A stretch of 64,000 nucleotides of DNA from Akkermansiaceae bacterium (GTDB taxonomy: Bacteria; Verrucomicrobiota; Verrucomicrobiia; Verrucomicrobiales; Akkermansiaceae): positions 28,114-92,113 of the forward strand of contig CAIXKE010000010.1 of the NCBI GenBank assembly GCA_903919975.1. Direction: 5' to 3'. The notes below the pieces were generated by a model. That model saw only the letters and a list, made by a program, of their open reading frames with translations. It did not search any database and was not told the DNA's origin. How positions within the stretch are numbered: position 1 is the first letter of the stretch; every line of letters begins with the position of its first letter. Both the position numbers and the translations under genes were made by a program. Of the stretch, positions 48,064 to 56,568 are shown piece by piece.

Positions 48064-48990
48064 TTACTCGGGATGCGGTTCATCCGGATCCTGATGCCAC
48101 GGGATGCCATGATTGGCATTGCGTTGGAGTTCGGCGATGACCTGGGCTCCGAGGAGAAGGATTAATGCGACGGCTTCCATTGTGAGGAGAACGATGATGA
48201 TAGTGGTCATCGAGCCATAGAGCGCATTGATTGATGAGATGTGTGTGTAATAGGCGACTAGCAAGTGGCGGGTGATTTCCCACAACACGGCGGCGGTGAA
48301 GCCACCGGCCAGCGCGCGGCCGAAAGAAACGCGGGCCACGGGCATGATCTTGTAGAGAAGTGTGAAAAGCAGGACGAGTCCCAGAATCCCGGTTAGGTAA
48401 AGGAGCGGGCCGACGTAGGGATCGACGAGTTGTTTGATTGCCGGAAAGTGCGTGAGGATGCCGACGCGGGCGTCGATGATGGCATTTACGGAGGTGATGA
48501 GGATGAGACCGGCGGCGACGATCAGGATGAATAGGTAGGGAAGCAGGGCGGAAACCCAGAACTTGCGTTTGAGTGAGGGCAGCGGGCGGTGGAAGATGAT
48601 CGCGAAGGCATCCTCCAAGACTCGGAAGGCCTTTGAACTGAAAAACATCAGTGTCACGAGGCTGATTCCTCCGACCACTCCGCGGTTGTCGAGAAATCCT
48701 TCCAGCACCTCGGACACCGTGGGTATGAGGCCCGGTGCGATGAGGGAGACCTCCGCGGTTAGCGAATTCATCAACAACTGCCGGTCGAACAGTCGTGAGA
48801 AAACCACCATCAGCACGGTGCAGAGGGGGATGAGTGAGAGCATCACATTGAAGGCCACGGAGCCGGTGAGCAGCAGTCCATGGTTTTGTAGGAAGAAATC
48901 CCTCAGCACGCGGCTGACGAAGCGGATCACTTGCGGGAGACGCCTATTCATCGTGTGGGCATTATGTGCCGGAAACGCGGGGCGAGGCAA
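48064..48990 (-). CDS. yihY: YihY/BrkB-family inner-membrane protein
   Basis: Six TM segments. GLLLTGSVAFNVMLSLIPL and INALYGSMTTIIIVLL are family-typical. Alternative start at 48951. Confidence 0.75.
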   Translation of the reverse strand: MPRPAFPAHNAHTMNRRLPQVIRFVSRVLRDFFLQNHGLLLTGSVAFNVMLSLIPLCTVLMVVFSRLFDRQLLMNSLTAEVSLIAPGLIPTVSEVLEGFLDNRGVVGGISLVTLMFFSSKAFRVLEDAFAIIFHRPLPSLKRKFWVSALLPYLFILIVAAGLILITSVNAIIDARVGILTHFPAIKQLVDPYVGPLLYLTGILGLVLLFTLLYKIMPVARVSFGRALAGGFTAAVLWEITRHLLVAYYTHISSINALYGSMTTIIIVLLTMEAVALILLLGAQVIAELQRNANHGIPWHQDPDEPHPE

Positions 48991-49039
48991 ACTGAAAGAC
49001 CTATGCGGCAGGCAGTTTGTTTTTCCTGTTGGGGAAACA

Positions 49040-49053
49040 GGGGGGGGGGGGGG
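49040..49053. repeat. G14 homopolymer in the yihY / DUF47-pit divergent intergenic region
   Basis: Counted directly from the sequence. Flanked by complementary AAACAG and CTGTTT, followed by T7. Confidence 0.95.
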
Positions 49054-49185
49054 CTGTTTTTTTCATCAAGTAAAACCGGATTTTCCGCCATCGGCGAGCC
49101 TTGCAGAGTGAGTGGGGAGCGGGAGCGTGAAGGAAAAAAAGAGAGCTGTTGCTTGGCGCTGATAAATCGTCACAATCGCCCCGCC

Positions 49186-49815
49186 ATGATCTCGCTCGCG
49201 AAACTATTTGGGAAGTCGGACCGTTTTTTTGAACTTCTAGCGGCTAGCGCCAAATCGGCGCACCAAAGCATCGAGGCGCTCGCGCGTCTTCTGAAGGAAT
49301 CCAACGGTAATGTCACGTTGGCCGAGCTAGCAGTAGCCCGCCGCAACGAGAAGAAAAATGCGGAAACCATCAGCGAAGAGCTCGTCAAGGTGTTCGTGAC
49401 GGCGCTTGAGCGTGAGGACATTGAAGCCTTGTCGCGCGCGCTTTACCGGATTCCCAAGACGGTGGAGAAATTCGGCGAGCGCTATGAAATCATGCATCAT
49501 CTGGTTGTTTCGGAGGATTTCGCACCCCAGATGGCGATTGCACAGGAAGCTTCCTTAGTGGTCGTTCGGATGGTGGATATGCTAGGTAAAAGTCCCAAGC
49601 TTGAAGACATCAAGGCGGAGAATGACAAGATGCAGGAGCTTGAGGGGCGTGCTGATCAGCTCGTGCTTGGCTACCTCAAGGAGATTTACTCGGGTCGATT
49701 GGAACCGATCAAGGCCATGGCCATGCGCGATCTCTACGACCTGTTGGAAAAGGTCATCGACCGCTGCCGCGACGCCGGTAATGTGGTGACCCAAATCGTC
49801 CTCAAAAACTCCTGA
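49186..49815 (+). CDS. DUF47-family (PhoU-like) phosphate-transport accessory protein
   Basis: MISLAKLFGKSDRFFELL..., EREDIEALSRALYRIPK and RDLYDLLEKVIDRCRDAGN match the DUF47/TIGR00153 pattern. Immediately upstream of pit. Start set at ATG 49186. Confidence 0.8.
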   Translation: MISLAKLFGKSDRFFELLAASAKSAHQSIEALARLLKESNGNVTLAELAVARRNEKKNAETISEELVKVFVTALEREDIEALSRALYRIPKTVEKFGERYEIMHHLVVSEDFAPQMAIAQEASLVVVRMVDMLGKSPKLEDIKAENDKMQELEGRADQLVLGYLKEIYSGRLEPIKAMAMRDLYDLLEKVIDRCRDAGNVVTQIVLKNS

Positions 49816-49827
49816 TCTGCCGCTTCC

Positions 49828-51306
49828 ATGACGCTCGGGATCATCTTCTTGGTTATTTTCATCGCGCTGACCTTTGAATACATCAACGGTTTCCACGATA
49901 CGGCGAATTCCATTGCCACCATTGTCGGCACCAAGGTGCTCACGCCCCGCCAGGCGATCGTGCTGGCCGCATGCACCAACTTGATAGGCGCGCTTGCCGG
50001 GCACGCGGTGGCCAAGACGGTTTCTTCCGGGCTGGTGGATGCGCAGTTCATCTCGCCGCTGGTTATCATTTGCGCGCTGGTGGGAGGTATCGTTTGGAAT
50101 CTCATCACGTGGTGGTTCGGCATGCCATCGAGCTCCACCCACGCGCTGGTGGGCGGTATTTGCGGTGCGGCTTTTGCCAGTGCCCACAACAACTGGAACG
50201 CCATCATTTGGTCGGTGGAAAAAGTCAAAGACGGCAAAGTGGTGATGGAAGGCGTTCTGCACAAGGTGGTCCTTCCGATGGTCACCTCGCCCGTGATCGG
50301 TTTTTTCGGTGGATTCATCATCATGGGTTTTCTTTATCTGATTTTGCGGGGGGCGCGCCCGCGCTTCGTCAACCGCTTTTTCGGCAAGCTTCAGATTGGC
50401 AGTGCGGCGTATATGGGATTTGCGCACGGCTTGGCCGACGCCCAGAAAACCATGGGTGTGATCACCTTGGCACTGGTCACCGCCACCGCTGCCGGTAGCT
50501 TTGAGCAGTTGCCATCATGGTTAGGCTTCCTGAAAATGGATAAGTCGGCTGCGGCCGAGCGGTGCATCGTGGAGATCGGCCTCAAGGAGGCTTCTAGCAC
50601 GGAGTTGTTAGCCGCCGCCGCCAAGCTGGAAGCCGAGGCTGTGAAAATCAAGCGCGGCGAATTCCGTGAAGCTTTCCTCACGTTGACGGCCAAGACCTAC
50701 GAGTCGCTTGGTGAAACGGACGCCAGCCAGCGCGCCGCCGCGCTGGCTGCGAGCACTCACCGTCAGGCGATCGAACGGGAAGAAGCCCGCATTCTGACCA
50801 AGGTGCCGGTGATCGGCAAGATGGTCGCCGCCAAGGTCAACGACTGGGATAAGACACTCACCAAGGAAATGGCTGCCGCCACTGAGGCTGGCAAACGTCC
50901 GCTCGCGGTCGCCTCCAAAAAGGTGGATGAGCTTTCGCCCGATGTGCCGGTGTGGATCAAGATCATCTGCTCATTGACCATGGCTGCCGGAACGGCTGCT
51001 GGCGGTTGGCGCATCATCAAAACGCTCGGTCATAAGATGGTCAAACTTCAACCGGTGCATGGTTTCGCGGCGGAAACCACTGCTGCCACGTTGCTGGCGG
51101 TCACCGGCAGTCTCGGTATGACGGTATCGACCACTCACAGCGTGACCACCGCCATCATGGGAGTGGGCTGCGCCAAGCGGTTCAACGCGCTCAAGTTATC
51201 GCTCGTTGAGCGCATTCTCTGGGCCTGGGTTCTAACTTTGCCGGCTGCAGGAGTTGTCGCCTACCTTATGGTGCGATTGTTTCAGATGTTCGGCTGGATT
51301 GCTTGA
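49828..51306 (+). CDS. pit: PiT-family inorganic phosphate transporter
   Basis: YINGFHDTANSIATIVGT and STTHSVTTAIMGVG are the duplicated PHO4 signatures. Has a long central hydrophilic loop. Confidence 0.9.
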   Translation: MTLGIIFLVIFIALTFEYINGFHDTANSIATIVGTKVLTPRQAIVLAACTNLIGALAGHAVAKTVSSGLVDAQFISPLVIICALVGGIVWNLITWWFGMPSSSTHALVGGICGAAFASAHNNWNAIIWSVEKVKDGKVVMEGVLHKVVLPMVTSPVIGFFGGFIIMGFLYLILRGARPRFVNRFFGKLQIGSAAYMGFAHGLADAQKTMGVITLALVTATAAGSFEQLPSWLGFLKMDKSAAAERCIVEIGLKEASSTELLAAAAKLEAEAVKIKRGEFREAFLTLTAKTYESLGETDASQRAAALAASTHRQAIEREEARILTKVPVIGKMVAAKVNDWDKTLTKEMAAATEAGKRPLAVASKKVDELSPDVPVWIKIICSLTMAAGTAAGGWRIIKTLGHKMVKLQPVHGFAAETTAATLLAVTGSLGMTVSTTHSVTTAIMGVGCAKRFNALKLSLVERILWAWVLTLPAAGVVAYLMVRLFQMFGWIA

Positions 51307-52078
51307 ATCGTTTGTTAGTGAGATGAACCAAGACGGGTATGAGAAATACTAACAGCGTCAGAGCCGAAGTGCCGAGGTCGAAGTATTTGCTGGCAAGAAA
51401 TGCATGGACGGGATGAGCTTCATCGAGGAAATGCCGTGGAATGCTGAGCACGAGTTTGACTCCAAGAATGCCGATCACGATGAAGGCGCAGGTTTCCAGG
51501 AAATGGAAATGGTGCATCAGTTTGACGAAGCCTTGTGCCGCGAAGCGCATGGTCAGGATGCCGAGAAATACGCCGATGCAGACGAGAATCAATTTTGAAG
51601 GCATCGGGAATTTTTGCACGTAAGCCACCGCCGCCACCACGTTGTCGATCGAAAAGGCGAGGTCCATGACTTCCACGGCGAACACGGTGGCCCAGAAGGG
51701 GCCGAGTCTTCCGATGGTGTGTCGGAAAAGCCAGTTGCCCTCGGTGGCTACGGCTTCGGCTCCCTCTTCTTCCACCGACTCATGCCGTGAGAAATGTGTC
51801 CACGCCAGCCAGAGTAGGTAAAGTCCGCCGACCGGTTCGAGCCACCAGATTTTGATGAGCCATGAGGCCAACGCGAGACAAAGGCCGCGGAATAGATAGG
51901 CACCCAGAATGCCATAGCGCAGGGCCTTGCCTCGTTGTTCCGCTGGGAGGCGCATGACCATGGTGGCCAGCACCGCGGCGTTGTCCACTGAGAGGATGCC
52001 CTCGATCAGGATTAGAATGAGCACCACCATCATCCCCGCGAAGGGATCCGGGCCGAGTATTGTGTAGGACCAATCCAT
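51266..52078 (-). CDS. TerC-family integral membrane protein
   Basis: EGILSVDNAAVLA and LAFSIDNVVAAVA are the paired TerC motifs. Confidence 0.8.
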   Translation of the reverse strand: MDWSYTILGPDPFAGMMVVLILILIEGILSVDNAAVLATMVMRLPAEQRGKALRYGILGAYLFRGLCLALASWLIKIWWLEPVGGLYLLWLAWTHFSRHESVEEEGAEAVATEGNWLFRHTIGRLGPFWATVFAVEVMDLAFSIDNVVAAVAYVQKFPMPSKLILVCIGVFLGILTMRFAAQGFVKLMHHFHFLETCAFIVIGILGVKLVLSIPRHFLDEAHPVHAFLASKYFDLGTSALTLLVFLIPVLVHLTNKRFKQSSRTSETIAP

Positions 52079-52177
52079 GAATGTTGAGGCGGAACTTGGA
52101 GGGGGCGCGGGGCTGTGGCAATTTCAATCCCAAGCGAATCGCACGCTAAGGAGAAATGGGGTTGTTGTTGGTTTCGC

Positions 52178-53413
52178 TCAGAGAGCGGAGGGATCCTGCA
52201 GGAGTTCTGCAACCCGTTTGAGCAGCAGGCCGGCCCCACCGCCATCGACGACGCGGTGGTCGAATGTGAGGAAGACCTCCGCCACTGTTGCGGGTAGGAA
52301 GACCTCCGCTTGGGCGCTCCAGATGGGTTTTTTTACTCCCGCGCCGATGCCGAGAATGAGTGTTTCATTTGGCAGCGGGATGGGTGTGCCAAGGGTGAGT
52401 CCGAAGGTGCCGAAGTTCGTGACCGTGGCAATTCCGCCGCGGCAATCGTTTTCGGAAAGCCGGCGGCGGCGCGCGCGGTCCACGAGATCATCGTATTCGG
52501 CGATGAGTTCGCGCAGGGGTTTTTGATCCACCTTGCGAACCACGGGGACGACCACGCCGTCTTCGACTTGCACGGCCACGCCGATATCGAAGGCCCGCGG
52601 GTGGACCACTTTGTCGCCGATCAGGTATCCGGCGGTGGCTGGGTTTTCGGTGAGCGCCAGCGCGAAGGCGCGCAGCATGTAGAGAGTGAGGCCGGGTTTC
52701 GGTTCGTGCGTGCGGCGATGATCGAGCACACGATCTAACGAAGTTGGCAGTCCTACGGTAGCCAGAGGACGGGTCCAACTGCGGCGCATGGCGTCGGCTA
52801 CGGCGAGGCGCATGGGTGATGCCTGGGTGCTTGGCCAGGCTTCCAGATAATCGAGGAAACGCTCGAGGTCCTCAACGGTTACGCGGCCGCCCGCGCCGGT
52901 TCCGGCGACGGCGGAGATGTCCGCCTCACGCAGGCCTAGATCATCCATGCGGGCGCGCATGCGCGGCGAGATGTAGTGGGCACCCATGGTGCCGGCGGGC
53001 ACAGGTAAGCCTTTCACGCTGGGCACCACGGCGGGGGCTTCCTCGTAGGCATCGGCATCGTCGATGGCGAAATGGAGGTTTGCTTCGGCTTGGGCGGGGC
53101 TGGTGGAGGCGTCGCTGCGTTTGGCTTCGAGTGATTCAAGGGTATCCACGCCGGTGCGGGCGACTTCCTCCGCGGCAACTTCTAACAAACCAAGCAGGCT
53201 GCCGACCGAGTAGGAGATGCCTTCTTGGGCTTTAATTTCGGAAACGATGCCATTGCAGAGCGTGGTGACACCCATGACCGCCTTGTTCGTTTCCACCTCG
53301 ATGATTTCCTGATCGGTGCGGACCGCATCGCCTACAGCGATGCCGAGGCGAATGACGGTTGCCTCGGCGATCGATTCGCCGAGTTGCGGCATGAGAATGG
53401 GGACGGTGGGCAT
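52178..53413 (-). CDS. 2-oxoacid dehydrogenase E2 (dihydrolipoyl acyltransferase)
   Basis: Lipoyl domain (IIEVETNKAVMGV), a peripheral subunit-binding domain (ISPRMRARMDDLGL) and the catalytic C-terminus DHRVVDGG. Confidence 0.9.
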   Translation of the reverse strand: MPTVPILMPQLGESIAEATVIRLGIAVGDAVRTDQEIIEVETNKAVMGVTTLCNGIVSEIKAQEGISYSVGSLLGLLEVAAEEVARTGVDTLESLEAKRSDASTSPAQAEANLHFAIDDADAYEEAPAVVPSVKGLPVPAGTMGAHYISPRMRARMDDLGLREADISAVAGTGAGGRVTVEDLERFLDYLEAWPSTQASPMRLAVADAMRRSWTRPLATVGLPTSLDRVLDHRRTHEPKPGLTLYMLRAFALALTENPATAGYLIGDKVVHPRAFDIGVAVQVEDGVVVPVVRKVDQKPLRELIAEYDDLVDRARRRRLSENDCRGGIATVTNFGTFGLTLGTPIPLPNETLILGIGAGVKKPIWSAQAEVFLPATVAEVFLTFDHRVVDGGGAGLLLKRVAELLQDPSAL

Positions 53414-53540
53414 TTTGGTAAAAGCTGAGATGCTGAAAAGCTGAGAAGCTGAAACTTAGGAGGTAAAAGCTGAGAAACTGAAAAGCTGAGAAGCTAAAAT
53501 TTGGAAGAAAGAGAGATTTGAAATTTGAGATTTGAAATCT
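53414..53540 (-). repeat. 127-nt E1beta-E2 spacer: two 38-nt direct repeats of AAGCTGAG-type octamers plus copy 4 of the core motif
   Basis: Direct repeats at 53417-53454 and 53462-53499 (35/38 identical). GAAATTTGAGATT at 53520-53532 within GAGATTTGAAATTTGAGATTTGAAATC. Confidence 0.9.
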
Positions 53541-54506
53541 TCAGAATGTTAGGAGTTTGCGGAGGGCTTCGCAGATGGACTCGGGGGTTGGGCGGTGGGC
53601 GGCCCAGAGTTTCGGGTGATAGGGGACTGGGGTGTCGCGGGCGTTGAGGCGTTGCGGCGGCGCATCGAGGAGATGAAAGCCTTCTGCGGCGACGCGTGAA
53701 ACCACTTCTGCGGTGACGCCGCCCCATGGGAATGCTTCGCCGAGGGCGAGCAGGCGGCCGGTGCGGGCGACGGAAGCGAGCACGGTATCGATGTCGAGGG
53801 GTTTCACCGAGCGGAGATCGACCACCTCGATTTCCCAGCCGTCTTGTTGGAGTCGGTCTGCGGCGCGAACGGCTTCATGAACCATGGCGCTGTAGGCGAC
53901 GACGGTGGCGTGTTTGCCGGAGCGGACGATGCGGGCTTGGCCGATGGGCAGGTGATCATCGTTGATCGATTTTGATTTCAGCCAGCGATAGAGAAACTTG
54001 TGTTCGCAGAAGATGACCGGATCATCGAGCGCGACGGCGTCGATGAGCATGTGATAGGCGTCTGAAACCGATGCGGGTGTTAGAACGACGAGACCGGGGT
54101 ATTGGGCATAGATGCCTTCCATGCTTTGGCTATGGAACGGGCCTGAGCCGGGAGTGCCGCCGGAGGGCAGGCGAATCGTGATCGGGATCGGCACGCCGGT
54201 CCGATAGAAGTGGGTGGCGGCTTGATTGACGATCTGGTTGAATGCGATTGATGAAAAATCCGCGAACTGCATTTCCACGATCGGGCGCATGCCTTCGATG
54301 GCGGCGCCGACGGCGAGTCCGATCATCGCGTCTTCGGAGATCGGGCAATCGAACACGCGGTTAGGGAATTTTTCCGCGAGGCCCTTGGTGGCTTTGAAGG
54401 CACCGCCGAAGGTGGCGATGTCTTGGCCGTAGAGGAACACGCGCGGGTCTTCGCGCAGGAGGGTTTCCTGTGCTTCGCGGATGGCATCGATATAAGTCAC
54501 GCTCAC
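53541..54506 (-). CDS. 2-oxoacid dehydrogenase E1 beta subunit
   Basis: Transketolase-like pyrimidine-binding and C-terminal domains. GQDI..FGGAFK.T.GL, D.PI.E and IEVVDLRS.KPLD. Confidence 0.9.
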   Translation of the reverse strand: MSVTYIDAIREAQETLLREDPRVFLYGQDIATFGGAFKATKGLAEKFPNRVFDCPISEDAMIGLAVGAAIEGMRPIVEMQFADFSSIAFNQIVNQAATHFYRTGVPIPITIRLPSGGTPGSGPFHSQSMEGIYAQYPGLVVLTPASVSDAYHMLIDAVALDDPVIFCEHKFLYRWLKSKSINDDHLPIGQARIVRSGKHATVVAYSAMVHEAVRAADRLQQDGWEIEVVDLRSVKPLDIDTVLASVARTGRLLALGEAFPWGGVTAEVVSRVAAEGFHLLDAPPQRLNARDTPVPYHPKLWAAHRPTPESICEALRKLLTF

Positions 54507-55558
54507 GGGAAAACGGGCTGGGCGGTGGGTTGGCTGGCGGTCAGGGGGAAGCGCGTGGCGAGGGCGGTCCAGTCCTCATGATAGGGATCGGGCGGGGCCT
54601 CCTGTTGGGCTTGGGCGACGGCGCGCTGGACTTCGTCGGAAAACTCGTTTTCCCAGGAGGAAATTTCGTCGGCGGTGGCGTGGCCGTTTTCCAGCAACTG
54701 CCGGATGGCGACCTCGATGCAATCCCGTCCGTAGTGGTCCTTGCGGATTTCATCGGGCACGTAGGATCCGTCATCATGTTCGCCGTGGCCGGAGAGGCGC
54801 AACAAGCGGGCGACGACCATTTGCGGTCCTTGTCCGGCGCGGGCGCGGCGCACGGCTTCGCCGATGACCGAGACGCAGGCTAACAAATCCGTGCCATCCA
54901 CGGAAAATCCGCCGATGCCATAGCCGCGGGCTTTTTCGACGAGATCCGCGCAAACGAATTGCCGTGAATTCGGGGTCGAGTAAGCGAACTGGTTGTTGCC
55001 GATGACGATCACGAGCGGCAATTTTTCGACGGCGGCGAGGTTGAGTCCTTCGTGGAAAGCGCCGGTCGAGGATGCGCCATCGCCGATGCAGGTGGCACCC
55101 ACGCGGCCTTCGAGCGTGCCTTGCAAGCGTTTGGCAAACAGCATGCCCGCGACGACTGGGACTTGCGCGCCGAGGTGGGAAATCATTGCCGGCATGCCCA
55201 TTTCCGGGCGTCCGCGGTGGATATTGCCATCGCGTCCGCGCATCGGGCCTTGGGCGGAGCCGAGGTAGGTGCGGGTGCAATCGAGCATCGATTCGCCAAA
55301 AGCCGTGCGGCCGGCTTGATCGCGAATCAGCGGGGCGAAGAAATCTTTTCCTTGGATGAGCGAGGTGCCGAGTGTGGCGCTGACCGCCTCCTGGCCGCGG
55401 CCGAGATAGACTCCGCCGACGATTTTGCCTGCCTTGTAGAGGCTGGAGAGCTTGTTTTCCAGAATCCTGGCACGGAGCATCGAATGGAAGACCGATCGCA
55501 GGAAATCGCGGTTCGTCACCACTCCATCGGTGTTGGTTGGCATGTCCAATTGGGGCAC
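54503..55558 (-). CDS. 2-oxoacid dehydrogenase E1 alpha subunit (TPP-binding)
   Basis: TPP motif GDGASSTGAFHEGLN.AA..KLP...VI.NN.FAYSTP. The start is GTG 55558 or ATG 55543. 4-nt overlap with the beta subunit gene. Confidence 0.9.
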   Translation of the reverse strand: MPQLDMPTNTDGVVTNRDFLRSVFHSMLRARILENKLSSLYKAGKIVGGVYLGRGQEAVSATLGTSLIQGKDFFAPLIRDQAGRTAFGESMLDCTRTYLGSAQGPMRGRDGNIHRGRPEMGMPAMISHLGAQVPVVAGMLFAKRLQGTLEGRVGATCIGDGASSTGAFHEGLNLAAVEKLPLVIVIGNNQFAYSTPNSRQFVCADLVEKARGYGIGGFSVDGTDLLACVSVIGEAVRRARAGQGPQMVVARLLRLSGHGEHDDGSYVPDEIRKDHYGRDCIEVAIRQLLENGHATADEISSWENEFSDEVQRAVAQAQQEAPPDPYHEDWTALATRFPLTASQPTAQPVFP

Positions 55559-55613
55559 GGCGGAGGATTAAAGACGGCCCGATGCAAACCTGCAACCGGA
55601 TTCCCGCAAGAGC

Positions 55614-56384
55614 TCATTCGGGGCGTCGGTTCCAAACCACCAAGTCCTTGTATGCGAGTCCCTTGCCGCCAAAAAGATCCAGCGCGCTGCCCACCGTGAC
55701 GTCCACATTTCCGCGTCCGGCGATCTCAACGAGCCGCAAGTCGGCCATTGTCGCCGCGCCGCCGGCGTAGGTGACCGGGATTTTACCCCAATTTCCTAGC
55801 AGCGAAACGAGTTCTGCATCGATCCCGCCGCAGAGTCCCTCGACGTCGGCCGCGTGGATGAGAAATTCGGCGCAATGTGGGGCGAGGCGGTCCAGCGTGG
55901 CGGCGGTGACATCGAGATTGGTGAGGGTTTGCCATCGGTTCATGGCCACCGTCCAGCCATCGGGCGTGCGGCGGCAGGACAGGTCGATGACGAGTTTCTC
56001 CGCGCCGATGGTTTTGACCAAGGCGTCGAGTGCGGGTTCGAGAAATTTTCCGTCGGCATCAAACAAGGCGGAGGTGACAATCACGTGGCTGGCTCCGGCA
56101 TCGAGCCAATCCTTGGCATTCGAGGCGGAAATCCCGCCGCCAATCTGGAGGCCGCTGGGCCAAGCGGCGAGTGCCTCGCGGGCTGCTTCGTCATTGCCCG
56201 GGCCGAGTTGGATGACGTGACCGCCGGTGAGTGCATCGTTTCGGAAGGTTTCCGCAAACCAGGCGGGCGCTTTGTCGGAAACAAAGTTTTCCACCGGCCC
56301 TGCGCCGTCATCGCGCAAGCTGCCGCCGACGATTTGTTTGACCTTTCCTTGGTGGAGGTCGATGCACGGGCGGAAGCGAGTCAT
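55614..56384 (-). CDS. hisA: ProFAR isomerase, eukaryote/His6-type HisA
   Basis: Near co-linear with yeast His6 as recalled. F.PCIDLH.G.VKQIVGG.L, VI.LGP.ND.AAREAL, DLSCR...DG...AMN.WQTLT, EFLIHAADVEGLCGGID and VTYAGGA. Start set at ATG 56384. Confidence 0.85.
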   Translation of the reverse strand: MTRFRPCIDLHQGKVKQIVGGSLRDDGAGPVENFVSDKAPAWFAETFRNDALTGGHVIQLGPGNDEAAREALAAWPSGLQIGGGISASNAKDWLDAGASHVIVTSALFDADGKFLEPALDALVKTIGAEKLVIDLSCRRTPDGWTVAMNRWQTLTNLDVTAATLDRLAPHCAEFLIHAADVEGLCGGIDAELVSLLGNWGKIPVTYAGGAATMADLRLVEIAGRGNVDVTVGSALDLFGGKGLAYKDLVVWNRRPE

Positions 56385-56568
56385 GGCGGGAGGATGGATT
56401 GCGGAAGCGGGCGAGCCAAGCGGAATGGTGGGACTCAAGGCGTGTTGGCGTCTCGCCAACAGTCATCGCTAGACGAGAATTGTGGGCGAGATGCCCAGAC
56501 TCCTTGATTTTACGCGTGACCCGCCGTTATGGGAAAGGCATTTTCGCCGCACCAATCAATACGACCCC

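Noticed and set aside
49828-51306. Unusual insertion in the Pit transporter (a roughly 170-aa hydrophilic Ala/Lys/Glu-rich middle region)
   Set aside because: PiT-family proteins normally have a large central cytoplasmic loop between the two PHO4 repeats. Its length here is not clearly abnormal without an alignment.
52079-52177. yybP-ykoY (Mn2+) riboswitch upstream of the TerC-family gene
   Set aside because: Only 99 nt separate the E2 stop and the terC start, and the sense strand lacks the GGGGAGTAG and other conserved cores. It is too short and has no motif.
53457-53464. Perfect Shine-Dalgarno-like TAGGAGGT on the plus strand inside the E1beta-E2 spacer
   Set aside because: It is antisense to the operon, and no ATG, GTG or TTG followed by an open frame lies within 5-12 nt downstream (the next codons run into TGA). 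On the sense strand it reads ACCTCCTA.
53414-53540. CRISPR array, considered for this and the other short-repeat spacers
   Set aside because: The repeat units are only 7-9 nt or 38 nt x2, with no unique spacers of 25-40 nt between them. There are no cas genes in the window, and the repeats lie inside operon spacers.
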